The notes under the pieces: model-generated | The model's database searches: none | Seen by the model: only the letters and a program-made list of their open reading frames with translations | Told to the model about the DNA's origin: nothing | NCBI GenBank assembly: GCA_016935125.1 | Contig: JAFGRM010000035.1 | Coordinates: 1 to 61,177 of the forward strand | Source of the DNA: Candidatus Woesearchaeota archaeon | GTDB taxonomy: Archaea; Nanobdellota; Nanobdellia; Woesearchaeales; DSVV01 | Direction of reading: 5' to 3' | DNA length: 61,177 nt | In this document: positions 24,272-36,676 of the stretch, in pieces | Layout: every line of letters starts with the position of its first letter | Position numbering within the stretch: the first letter of the stretch is position 1 | Translations under genes and position numbers: made by a program

Positions 24272-27271
24272 ATGGAGAAGGGAAAAGACAATATCTTCAG
24301 GATCGAGATCGACAGCAGGGAAAAGAGCGCAGAATCAGAGAAATTTGAAAAGAAGCTGAACAGGCTCGGCTATGAGGTTGAGGTCATCCAGACAAGCAAG
24401 GTCTACACTATAAGCCACAGCTTCAGCAAGGACCAGGTCAAAAAGATCTCTGGCTCCTTATACAACCCTGTTGTTGAGACAGCAAGGGTGGATGAGCCGC
24501 TATCCTTTGACTTTGACTACGCGCTTGAGACGGGGTATCTGCCGGGCGTGACAGACAATGTGGCAGGCACAGTCTCAGAGATAATAGAAGATCTCTTCAA
24601 CCTGAAAAAAGGCATCTGCAAGGCATTCTCATCAACAATAATCTTCTTAAGATCAAAGGGCAGGAAGCTGCAAAGAGATGACATAGAAAAGATTGCTCAT
24701 GAGCTCATAAACACGCTGATAGAAAGGTACCATATCAAATCCAGGAAAGAATACATCAATGACCTTGGCATGGACTATGTCCTTCCTGCTGTTAGGCTCG
24801 AGCATGGCAGCGATGTCTCTGATGTCGATCTTGAGATAAGCGATGCAGATCTTGCAGAGCTGGGAAAAAAAGGCATAGTTGACCCCGACACTGGCGCAAG
24901 GAGGGGCCCTCTTGCATTAAGCCTTGACTACCTCCGCTCAATCAGGGACTATTTCAGGAAACAAGGCAGAAGCCCAACTGACATCGAGCTGGAATCGATA
25001 GCCCAGACATGGTCTGAACACTGCAAGCACACCATATTTTCAGCAGGGATGGACGAGATAAAAGAGGGCATATTCAACAGGTACATAAAAGGGGCAACTG
25101 AGGACATAAGAAAAAGGCTCGGCAAGGACGACTTCTGCATATCTGTGTTCAAGGACAACTCAGGATCGATCGTGTTTGACGATGAGTACATGATAAGCGA
25201 CAAGGCTGAGACCCACAACAGCCCCTCTGCGCTCGACCCGTTTGGCGGCGCGATAACGGGCATCGTGGGCGTGAACAGGGACACTATTGGCTTTGGTATG
25301 GGCGCGCTTCCTATAGCAAACAAGTATGGATACTGCGTCGGAAGGCCTGAAGACCATGATATTGTCTACAGGGGGAAAGGCATGACAAACCCATCTCTTC
25401 AGCCAAAAAGGCTGCTTGACGGGATAGTCCACGGCGTGAATTCAGGTGGCAACTGCTCAGGCATACCCACCCATACAGGATTCGTATTCTTCGATGACCA
25501 TTACAAAGGCAAGCCGCTTGTCTTTGTCGGGACAATAGGGATCATGCCAAGGGTGCTTCCAAACAAAAGGCCAGCACACATCAAGAAGGCGCAGCCTGGA
25601 GACAACATAGTTGTTATCGGCGGCAGGGTAGGAAAAGACGGTATCCATGGCGCGACATTCTCCTCAGAGGCCATGGACTCAGGAAGCCCTGCAACAGCAG
25701 TCCAGATAGGAGACCCCATAACACAGAAAAAGCTATCTGATGCTGTCGTAAAGGAAGCGAGGGACCGCGGGCTGTACAACAGCAACACTGACAACGGAGC
25801 AGGAGGCCTTTCATGCTCTGTCGCAGAGATGGCCCAGGAATGCGGAGGGTTCATAGTAGACATCGAAAAAATCCCTCTCAAGTATCCAGGTCTCTCACCA
25901 TGGGAGATATGGATATCAGAGTCACAGGAAAGGATGACACTGTCTGTTCCTGACGACAAGATAGAGGAGTTTAATGAGCTCATGGAATCAAGGGGCGTCG
26001 AGTCGACCACCATAGGAAGGTTCAACGACAGCAACAGGGGGATAGTGAAGCTCAGGGGAAGGACCATACTTGACCTTGACATGGAATTCCTCCATGACGG
26101 CCTTCCAAAGACAACACTCACTACAGAGGGATATCCTTACAACAAGACCCTTCCTAGGATAAGCTGGATAGATACAGAAGATGATATGCATAAGCATACA
26201 GGACTGCTCTTAAGACTTCTTTCAAGCCACAACATATGCAGCTACGAGTTCATATCAAAACAATACGACCATGAGGTCCAGCATAATTCAGTGATAAAGC
26301 CCCTTGTCGGAAAAGGAAGGGTCAACAGCCCTGCGCAGGTGATCAGGCCGCTTCTGACAAGCACAAGAGGAGTTGTCTTGTCACAGGTTATCCTTCCCAG
26401 GCTTTCAGAGATCAGCTGCTATGACATGGCAGCATGCGCGATAGACTCTGCAATAAGGAACAGCGTTGCTGCAGGCGCCGACATCAAACATCTGGCGCTC
26501 CTAGACAACTTCTGCTGGTGCTCATCTGACGACAGGAAAAGGCTCGGCCAGCTGAAGGATGCTGCAGGGGGATGCTATGATTTCGCAACAGCGTTCATGA
26601 CACCATTCATATCTGGCAAGGATTCCATGTACAATGACTTCAAGGGTTTTGACAAGGATGACAATCCCATCAAGATATCAGTGCACCCCACGCTCATGAT
26701 ATCATCTATAGGTGTCATAAGCGATGTCAATGAGACCATGACGTTCGAGCTAAAGGTTCCAGGCGACATCATATATGCCATAGGCAAGACTGGGGACGAA
26801 TGCGGCGGAAGCGAGTTCTATAACCTCATGGGCGAGATAGGGACAAAAGCTCCAAAGGTCATCCCTGAGTCGGCAAGAAAGCTGTACATAACCATGCACA
26901 AGGCGATAAAGGCAGGGGCCGTAAGCTCATGCGCATCAGTAGGCCCTGGCGGGCTCCTGGTATGGCTTGCTAAGATGGCCATCTCAGGCAGGCTCGGCTG
27001 TGCTGCTGACTTCAAGAAGATCCCGCTAGGATGCGCTGACATGCCTCTTGAAAAGATATTCTATTCAGAATCACAATCAAGGTTCATCGTCTCAGTCGAA
27101 CCGAAGAAAAAGCAGGAGTTTGAAAAGATGATGGAAGATTTCGATGCTAGTGAGATAGGAGAAGTGAGCGATGACGACAGCTTCACCATCAGCTTTGGCG
27201 ACAGAACAATAATCAAGACAACAGTCAATGAGCTTGAAGAGTCATACAAGAGAAGGTTCAAGGAGTTTTAG
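24272..27271 (+). CDS. purL: FGAM synthase subunit PurL with an N-terminal PurS-like domain (PurS-PurL fusion)
   Basis: TWSEHCKHTIF and two AIRS-type repeats. The N-terminal ~85 aa ends in YNPVVETARV, as in PurS. The likely start ATG at 24272 follows AGGGGA. Confidence 0.9.
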   Translation: MEKGKDNIFRIEIDSREKSAESEKFEKKLNRLGYEVEVIQTSKVYTISHSFSKDQVKKISGSLYNPVVETARVDEPLSFDFDYALETGYLPGVTDNVAGTVSEIIEDLFNLKKGICKAFSSTIIFLRSKGRKLQRDDIEKIAHELINTLIERYHIKSRKEYINDLGMDYVLPAVRLEHGSDVSDVDLEISDADLAELGKKGIVDPDTGARRGPLALSLDYLRSIRDYFRKQGRSPTDIELESIAQTWSEHCKHTIFSAGMDEIKEGIFNRYIKGATEDIRKRLGKDDFCISVFKDNSGSIVFDDEYMISDKAETHNSPSALDPFGGAITGIVGVNRDTIGFGMGALPIANKYGYCVGRPEDHDIVYRGKGMTNPSLQPKRLLDGIVHGVNSGGNCSGIPTHTGFVFFDDHYKGKPLVFVGTIGIMPRVLPNKRPAHIKKAQPGDNIVVIGGRVGKDGIHGATFSSEAMDSGSPATAVQIGDPITQKKLSDAVVKEARDRGLYNSNTDNGAGGLSCSVAEMAQECGGFIVDIEKIPLKYPGLSPWEIWISESQERMTLSVPDDKIEEFNELMESRGVESTTIGRFNDSNRGIVKLRGRTILDLDMEFLHDGLPKTTLTTEGYPYNKTLPRISWIDTEDDMHKHTGLLLRLLSSHNICSYEFISKQYDHEVQHNSVIKPLVGKGRVNSPAQVIRPLLTSTRGVVLSQVILPRLSEISCYDMAACAIDSAIRNSVAAGADIKHLALLDNFCWCSSDDRKRLGQLKDAAGGCYDFATAFMTPFISGKDSMYNDFKGFDKDDNPIKISVHPTLMISSIGVISDVNETMTFELKVPGDIIYAIGKTGDECGGSEFYNLMGEIGTKAPKVIPESARKLYITMHKAIKAGAVSSCASVGPGGLLVWLAKMAISGRLGCAADFKKIPLGCADMPLEKIFYSESQSRFIVSVEPKKKQEFEKMMEDFDASEIGEVSDDDSFTISFGDRTIIKTTVNELEESYKRRFKEF

Positions 27272-27273
27272 AT

Positions 27274-28188
27274 ATGGCAAAAGCGATAATCATGTCAGGA
27301 TACGGGATCAACTCTGAAAAGGAGAGCGCGTTTGCATTTGAGAAAGCAGGCGCTGTTGCAGAGATAGTGCACATAAACGACCTGATATCAAAAAAAAAGG
27401 CACTCTCTGACTACGACATACTTATGTTTCCAGGCGGCTTCTCATACGGCGACGATACTGGCTCAGGGCAGGCCTTTGCAGGCAAGGTCAAAAACAACCT
27501 ATGGGATGATCTCATGAGCTTCATCGGTTCAGGAAAGCTTATCCTTGGCGTATGCAACGGATTCCAGATCATGGTGCATCTCGGGCTTTTTCCAGGTATC
27601 GGCGGTGCATATGGCACAAGGTCGCATGCATTGATGTCAAACTGCAGCGCAAGGTTCGAATGCAGGGACGTGTTCATCAAAGGCAACAGCAAAGGATGCG
27701 TATTTACAAAGGGCATAACGACTGCGCACCTGCCGGTCTGCCATGGAGAAGGAAGGTTCTACTGCAAAGACGAGACGCTTGAGCAGCTCAAAAAGAACAG
27801 CCAGATAGTGTTCACATACTGCGATAGCGAAGGGAGGGATGCGGCAGGCGCCTACCCAAAAAACCCTAACGGCTCTCTTGCAGACATAGCAGGCATATGC
27901 GACAGGACAGGCAGGATAATGGGCATGATGCCTCATCCTGAAAGGGCGCTTTTCACGACAAGCCTTCCTGACTTCCACCTGAATAGGGAGCTGGCAAGAA
28001 GGGCAGGCAGCACTCTGCCTGAGTTCGTTGAAGATAACCTCCTCATATTCAAGAATGCTGTCGAATACATAGATAAGAACTGCATAAAAGAGAACAGAAG
28101 CAAGGATAAAGAGAAGAGCGGCATCATGCCCGAAGAAAAGCTTGGAAAAAAGCCGCAGGACGACTCTGCAAGTGGTGAAAAGATATGA
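27274..28188 (+). CDS. purQ: FGAM synthase glutaminase subunit PurQ
   Basis: Class I GATase triad context GVCNGFQ ... MMPHPER. It has a ~60-aa charged C-terminal extension. Confidence 0.9.
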   Translation: MAKAIIMSGYGINSEKESAFAFEKAGAVAEIVHINDLISKKKALSDYDILMFPGGFSYGDDTGSGQAFAGKVKNNLWDDLMSFIGSGKLILGVCNGFQIMVHLGLFPGIGGAYGTRSHALMSNCSARFECRDVFIKGNSKGCVFTKGITTAHLPVCHGEGRFYCKDETLEQLKKNSQIVFTYCDSEGRDAAGAYPKNPNGSLADIAGICDRTGRIMGMMPHPERALFTTSLPDFHLNRELARRAGSTLPEFVEDNLLIFKNAVEYIDKNCIKENRSKDKEKSGIMPEEKLGKKPQDDSASGEKI

Positions 28189-29378
28189 AGAAAAAAACTG
28201 CCGACAAGAGATCATATGATGGCATCAACAACAAGACATCAAGCTATAGTAAGACCTCAAGCTATAAGATGGCGGGTGTTGACGTCGATATCGAGTCGAT
28301 GGGCGCAAAGATACTGTACAATGCAGCAAAAGAGACATGGAAGAACAGGTCTGGCATGATAGGGAGCATCATATCGCCTTTTGATGATTTCTCAGGAATA
28401 AGGGCCATAGATATAAGCATGCTGCCAAAGGGAAGCATGCTGTGCATGGGATTTGACGGCGTTGGGACAAAAGCAGAGATAGCGCAGCGTATGGACAGGC
28501 ATGATACCATCGCATTTGACCTTCTTGCCATGGTATGCGACGACGCTGTCCTTCGCGGAGGAGAGCCAGTCCTTGCAGGAAGCATACTTGACGTAAATAC
28601 GCTCGGCACTGATGAATCAAGGCTTTCTGCAATAAAACAGCTTGCAGAGGGTTATGTAAAGGCTGCAAAAGAGGCAGGTGTCGCAATAATAAACGGTGAG
28701 CTTGCCCAGCTGGGGGATGCAGTGGGCGGCCATGGCAAGGGCCTTGCCTACAACTGGGGTGCAGGACTCATATGGCTGGCAAGAAAAGACAGGCTCTTTA
28801 CAGGAAAAGAGATAAAGAAAGGAGACTCCATTGTCATGCTAAAAGAGGAGGGCTTCCGCTCAAACGGGCTCTCGCTTGTAAGGAGGGTATTTGAAGAGAA
28901 CCTTGGACCTGAATGGCACATACATGAGTTCAACGGAAAACTACTGGGAGAGCTTGTACTTACACCATCACGGATATATTCAAGAGCAGTCGTCTCTATG
29001 CACGGTGGGTTTGAGACAGAAGGCAGCTGCATCCTGCACGGAGTCGCACATATCACTGGTGGAGGCATAGCAGAAAAGCTCGGCCGTGTGCTAAAGCCAT
29101 GCAGACTTGGTGCAGAGCTAACAGACCTATTTCCACCATGTGATGCCATGAGATATTGCCAGGAGCTAAGAGGGATAGCTGACAAAGAGGCATACAGAAC
29201 ATGGAACATGGGCCAGGGCATGGCACTGATTACGCCTGAACCTGAAAAGGTCATCGCTGAAGCAAAGAAGCATGGGATTGAGGCAAAAGCAGTAGGCAGG
29301 ATAGTCAAGGGAAAGAGGTTGACCCTTGTAAGCCAGGGCGCTTTTTCTAAAGGAGAAGAGATAGGGTTCGATATCTGA
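28185..29378 (+). CDS. purM: AIR synthetase (phosphoribosylformylglycinamidine cyclo-ligase)
   Basis: YKMAGVDVD...GFDGVGTK...HITGGG motifs. ATGA start/stop overlap with purQ. Confidence 0.9.
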   Translation: MKKKTADKRSYDGINNKTSSYSKTSSYKMAGVDVDIESMGAKILYNAAKETWKNRSGMIGSIISPFDDFSGIRAIDISMLPKGSMLCMGFDGVGTKAEIAQRMDRHDTIAFDLLAMVCDDAVLRGGEPVLAGSILDVNTLGTDESRLSAIKQLAEGYVKAAKEAGVAIINGELAQLGDAVGGHGKGLAYNWGAGLIWLARKDRLFTGKEIKKGDSIVMLKEEGFRSNGLSLVRRVFEENLGPEWHIHEFNGKLLGELVLTPSRIYSRAVVSMHGGFETEGSCILHGVAHITGGGIAEKLGRVLKPCRLGAELTDLFPPCDAMRYCQELRGIADKEAYRTWNMGQGMALITPEPEKVIAEAKKHGIEAKAVGRIVKGKRLTLVSQGAFSKGEEIGFDI

Positions 29379-29477
29379 GGTATAAATAGGTATAAAAATG
29401 GCTGGCAAAATCCCATATGCACAAAAATTTGCATATCAGCTATTCTAAAAGAAAAGATAAAATATCAGCCATCACTT

Positions 29478-30140
29478 ATGAGAAAACTATTTAAGTTCTG
29501 GATGACAATTAGCTTATTCATGCGATTCTACCTTTCATCATACAAGCTCGGAAGCAAGACAGAAAAGCTTAAGGAGCTCATGCCCAAAGGAAATGCAATA
29601 GGGCTCATCCCTAATGCCCTTGATTACACAAAAGCAGACCCTGTAAGGAGAGAAGAAGGAATAAAGGAGGATATAGGTTCTCTTATGTCATTGGGATTTG
29701 TCGTTGAGACAGTTGACCTCAAAGACTATTTCGGCAAGACTGATCAACTTAGGAAAAAGCTGGACTTGTTAGGAGGGGTATTCATAAGGGGTGGGAATGC
29801 CTTTGTCTTAAGGCAGGCGATGAGGCTGAGCGGCTTTGATGTGATATTCAAAGAGCTTCTTCTCAAGGATGACTTCCTGTATGCAGGATTTAGCGCAGGC
29901 ATCTGTGTCCTTGCAGCGGACCTGACACCGCTGAAGATAGTCGACGATGCGACTGATACACCCTATCGCGGGCAGGACAAGGTAATATGGGAAGGCCTTG
30001 GATACCTTGACTACATAATCCTCCCTCACTATGATTCAGAGCATCCTGAATCAGCAGACATTGATAAGACTGTTAAGTTCTGCATAAGGAACAGCATACC
30101 ATTCAGGACCCTAAGAGACGGCGATGTTATCGTAATCTGA
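29478..30140 (+). CDS. Peptidase S51 (dipeptidase E-like) family protein
   Basis: IRGGNAF, nucleophile elbow GFSAGICV and ILPHYD motifs. The probable start is the Met at 29520 (MRFYLSSY). Confidence 0.7.
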   Translation: MRKLFKFWMTISLFMRFYLSSYKLGSKTEKLKELMPKGNAIGLIPNALDYTKADPVRREEGIKEDIGSLMSLGFVVETVDLKDYFGKTDQLRKKLDLLGGVFIRGGNAFVLRQAMRLSGFDVIFKELLLKDDFLYAGFSAGICVLAADLTPLKIVDDATDTPYRGQDKVIWEGLGYLDYIILPHYDSEHPESADIDKTVKFCIRNSIPFRTLRDGDVIVI

Positions 30141-30200
30141 CAGGCAGGATATTATCTTAGACATTTCTGAATATTTACATTTTCTATTATACATGGGAAC

Positions 30201-30376
30201 TATTTATAAGATTATTATACGAGATTATTTATAAGATTATCATATGAAATTATTTAAGATATTGCCTTTATATTTATCAGATCATATTTTATAAAGGTAT
30301 TATAAGGAATTATTGCCTTTATATTATAGGATACCCAACCAAAAGCTTTATATTTAAGCCGGTGTTTGCCTTTATA
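30201..30376. promoter_or_regulatory. AT-rich spacer with two phased repeat sets upstream of purE
   Basis: Read directly. TATTTATAAGATTAT occurs at 30201 and 30226, with a degenerate copy at 30251 (25-nt period). TTGCCTTTATA occurs at 30262, 30313 and 30366. The TTGCCTTTATA motif contains a TATA-like core. Confidence 0.45.
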
Positions 30377-30387
30377 CGGGGTTATAC

Positions 30388-31206
30388 GTGAAGAAGGTGC
30401 TCATAATATTTGGATCTGTTTCTGACTCAGCAGTATATGAAAGAATAACAAAGTATCTTAAAGAGAACGGCATTGGATATGACATGAGGATATGCTCTGC
30501 GCATCGCACTCCGGATATGCTTGATGAGATTCTGGCAGGCAGCCACAAGAGATATTCGCTTGTTGTTGCAGGAGCAGGGCTTGCCGCACACCTGCCAGGA
30601 GTCATCGCATCAAAGACAACACTGCCAGTGATAGGGATACCATGCAGTGGCTCCCTTGAAGGGCTTGACTCGTTCCTATCTATCCTGCAGATGCCAGCAG
30701 GCTACCCTGTCCTGACAACAGGCATAGCAGGCATCCCCTCTGAAAGCATAAAGCTAATCATGAACAGCAGGATGAAAGGCATAAACATCATTGAGAAAGA
30801 CTTTTCAGATGAGCATGAGAACAGGCGCGTGCTTGACTGCGAAAAGCTTATCCAGGAGATAGGAATGGACTATGTATTCAAAAAAGATGTTCAGCCTGGC
30901 AGGATTAACATCAACTTCTACAGGCTTGAGCAGGGTCCAGGGCATGATATCTGCAAGCAGAAAGCATTGGTCATAAATGTCCCATTAAAGGAAAAGACAG
31001 ATATGTCAGACGGGATAAGGATTGCAAAGTCAGCAGGAGACTGCCTGCTTCTCGGGATAAACAGGGGAGAGAACGCAGCGATCGCATGCGCACAGATACT
31101 CAACTCTTCCTGCGGCCTTGACCGCGCCTTAGACAGACTCAGGAAAGATATGAAAGACAAGGTGATTAATGATGATAGACAAGTCAGAGATACAAAAACA
31201 GCTTGA
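30388..31206 (+). CDS. purE: PurE (AIR carboxylase / N5-CAIR mutase family) with a second, degenerate PurE-like repeat
   Basis: The first half has IIFGSVSD...CSAHRTP...AGLAAHLPGV...PVIGIP. The second ~140 aa is a diverged repeat. GTG start at 30388, or alternatively 30397. Confidence 0.85.
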   Translation: MKKVLIIFGSVSDSAVYERITKYLKENGIGYDMRICSAHRTPDMLDEILAGSHKRYSLVVAGAGLAAHLPGVIASKTTLPVIGIPCSGSLEGLDSFLSILQMPAGYPVLTTGIAGIPSESIKLIMNSRMKGINIIEKDFSDEHENRRVLDCEKLIQEIGMDYVFKKDVQPGRININFYRLEQGPGHDICKQKALVINVPLKEKTDMSDGIRIAKSAGDCLLLGINRGENAAIACAQILNSSCGLDRALDRLRKDMKDKVINDDRQVRDTKTA

Positions 31207-32143
31207 TTTCACGCTGATGGAAACCAGTTTGGACGGTCTTGGAAAGCTATACAGGGGCAAGGTAAGGGACAACTACTCCAAGGATGGGAAGAGGATTATC
31301 ATCACTACTGACAGGATATCTGCATTTGACGTGGTGCTCGGAACAATCCCTTTCAAGGGCCAGGTACTCAACCAGATGGCAAGGTTCTGGTTCGACAAGA
31401 CTGGACACATAATCGGCAACCACATGCTTGACCACCCTGACCCAAACGTGCTTGTCGCAAAGGAATGCACACCACTCCCTGTTGAGATGATTGTCAGAGG
31501 TTATATCACCGGCGTCACCAACACCTCTGCCTGGACGCATTACAAGAACGGCATAAGGAACTTCTGCGGAAACATCCTGCCTGAAGGCCTCAAGAAAGAC
31601 CAGAAGCTGGACATGCCCATAGTGACGCCCCAGACAAAAGCTGAGCATGGTGGCCATGACGAGTCAGTCAGCAAGGAAGAGATACTCAAGAGGAAGATAG
31701 TCTCAGAGCAGGATTACGACCTGATGTCAGAGGCAAGCCTTAAGCTTTATGAGAAAGGTGTTGAGATCGCAGCAAAGCAGGGTATAATCCTTGTCGACAC
31801 AAAATATGAGTTCGGAAGGGATGAATCAGGGAACATAATACTTATCGACGAGATACATACGCCAGACTCATCAAGGTTCTGGTTTGCTGAAGGATATGAA
31901 GAAAGGTTCAAAAAAGGCATCGAGCAGAAGAAGATCGACAAGGAATATGTCAGGAAATGGCTTGCTGACAGGGGGTTTACCGGCTCTGGCGTACAGCCTG
32001 AGCTCACAGATGAGGTCAGGATAAATGCAGCAAGAAAGTATATCGAAGCCTATGAGCTCATAACAGGGGATCAGTTCTCTTCAGATACAGGCGATATGAA
32101 AACAAGGATAGAAAACAACCTAAGGCATGGAGGTTATCTTTGA
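31169..32143 (+). CDS. purC: SAICAR synthetase
   Basis: LYRGKVRDNY...ITTDRISAFD...LVDTKYEFG motifs. Confidence 0.9.
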   Translation: MMIDKSEIQKQLDFTLMETSLDGLGKLYRGKVRDNYSKDGKRIIITTDRISAFDVVLGTIPFKGQVLNQMARFWFDKTGHIIGNHMLDHPDPNVLVAKECTPLPVEMIVRGYITGVTNTSAWTHYKNGIRNFCGNILPEGLKKDQKLDMPIVTPQTKAEHGGHDESVSKEEILKRKIVSEQDYDLMSEASLKLYEKGVEIAAKQGIILVDTKYEFGRDESGNIILIDEIHTPDSSRFWFAEGYEERFKKGIEQKKIDKEYVRKWLADRGFTGSGVQPELTDEVRINAARKYIEAYELITGDQFSSDTGDMKTRIENNLRHGGYL

Positions 32144-32145
32144 AA

Positions 32146-34859
<2,714 letters not shown>

Positions 34860-34905
34860 AACAGAATAATAAGACAGAACAGAAGGATAGATGATAAAGA
34901 TATAG

Positions 34906-36570
34906 ATGATAAAAATGGACCATTATGCGATTGTATCTGTATACGACAAGAGAGGCCTTGACACACTTGTTGATGGGCTTGTGGAGACTGGATTTGGGAT
35001 AATCTCAACAGGAGGGACTTATGACGCAATAAGGAAAATCATATGCAGGAAAAAGCTTAAGGCCAGGCTCTACAAGGTAAGCGAGATAACTGGCTCTCCT
35101 GAGATCCTGGACGGCAGGGTCAAGACGCTGCACCCTATGATACACGGCAGCATCCTTTACAGGAGAGACAAGGAAGAGCACATGAAAGAAGCAGGACAGC
35201 AGAAGCTGCTGAACATAGAGGTTGTCGCAATCAACCTCTATCCTTTTGAGGCTGCTGTCGAAAAGGGCGCAGGTAACGAAGAGCTTATAGAGGAGATAGA
35301 CATAGGCGGGCCGACCATGCTCATCTCAGCAGTCAAGAACCATGAGCATGTATCTGTTGTCGTAGACCCTGAGATGTACCCTAAACTGATATCTGAGCTG
35401 AAAAAGAACAACTGCACTGTGCCCATCGACACCAGAAGAAGGTTTGCAGTGCGGGCCATAAACCGGCTTGCAGACTACAGGTCAACGATCGCACAGGAGC
35501 TCTCGGCAAGGCTTGCCGGCGAGGAGAGCCTCAGGCTGTCATACAAGAAAGGGAAGAAGATCGGCAAGTACGGCGAGAACTGGCACCAGAAAGCCTGGAT
35601 ATACAACAAGGGCAAGGGCCTCGCTGATTCTGAGCAGCTCTCTGGAATAGAGCTTGGGTATAACAACTATTTTGACATGGACGCTGCGTTCTCTGCGCTT
35701 CTTGACATAAAGGATAATCCTGCAGCAGTCATAGTCAAGCACCATAACCCCTGCGGGATCGCCACAGGAAAAAACCTGCTGCAGTCCCTTAAGAAAGCAT
35801 GGGAAGGTGATGACATCAGCGCTTTCGGAAGCGTAATCTGCCTCTCTGAAAAGCCAGGCATGGATACCCTTAGGTTTCTTGACGGGAGATTCATAGAGGT
35901 TCTTATCGTGCCAGATATCGACAAGGAATGCCTCTCTTACCTCAAGGAAAAAAAGAAAAACCTTAGAGTAATCAGAGCAAAGCTGGAAAGGACCGAGGAT
36001 TATGAGTACAGGTCAATTGAAGGCGGCATGCTCAAGACAACAAAAGACAGGAAGCTTTATCTCGGCAGGGATAAGGAGCTGTTTGGAACACCTGCCCTTG
36101 TCAGGGACAACCTCGGAAAGGAAAGGCTTGTAGGGCAGGTAACAAAAAAGAAGATGGATGAGGGCGCCATTGGCCTGGTTGAATTTTCAATCAAGGCATC
36201 AAGGTGCCTTAAATCAAACGCGATAACAATCTGTTATGAATACGAGAAAGGGCATTACCAGCAGATAGGAATGGGCTGCGGCCAGCCCAACAGGCTCAAC
36301 TCAGTAAAGATCGCAGCAGAAAAGGCATTGCACAACATGAAAGAACAATATGGGATGGAAAAAGCATCTGAGATACTCTCATCAGACAGGGTTGTGCTAT
36401 GCTCAGATGCATTCTTCCCTTTCAGCGACAGCATAGAGATTATATCAGAGCTTGGGATAAGAAATGTCATACAGCCAGGCGGCTCGATAAAAGACAGAGA
36501 AGTCATAGGTTCAGCCGACAGCTTTGGTATGTCTATGATATTTACCGGTGTCAGGCATTTTAAGCATTGA
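34906..36570 (+). CDS. purH: Bifunctional AICAR transformylase / IMP cyclohydrolase
   Basis: MGS-like N-terminus (AIVSVYDKRGL...STGGT...KTLHP.IHG) and an AICARFT C-terminal domain. Confidence 0.9.
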   Translation: MIKMDHYAIVSVYDKRGLDTLVDGLVETGFGIISTGGTYDAIRKIICRKKLKARLYKVSEITGSPEILDGRVKTLHPMIHGSILYRRDKEEHMKEAGQQKLLNIEVVAINLYPFEAAVEKGAGNEELIEEIDIGGPTMLISAVKNHEHVSVVVDPEMYPKLISELKKNNCTVPIDTRRRFAVRAINRLADYRSTIAQELSARLAGEESLRLSYKKGKKIGKYGENWHQKAWIYNKGKGLADSEQLSGIELGYNNYFDMDAAFSALLDIKDNPAAVIVKHHNPCGIATGKNLLQSLKKAWEGDDISAFGSVICLSEKPGMDTLRFLDGRFIEVLIVPDIDKECLSYLKEKKKNLRVIRAKLERTEDYEYRSIEGGMLKTTKDRKLYLGRDKELFGTPALVRDNLGKERLVGQVTKKKMDEGAIGLVEFSIKASRCLKSNAITICYEYEKGHYQQIGMGCGQPNRLNSVKIAAEKALHNMKEQYGMEKASEILSSDRVVLCSDAFFPFSDSIEIISELGIRNVIQPGGSIKDREVIGSADSFGMSMIFTGVRHFKH

Positions 36571-36676
36571 GCAGTAAGCAAGAGTTGAGCGCCAGCATTG
36601 CACCATCCTGCACAAAAATTATCAGTAATCTTTAAATAAGATAGGATAACACTGTTTTTAGGGGGTCACATAAGCG

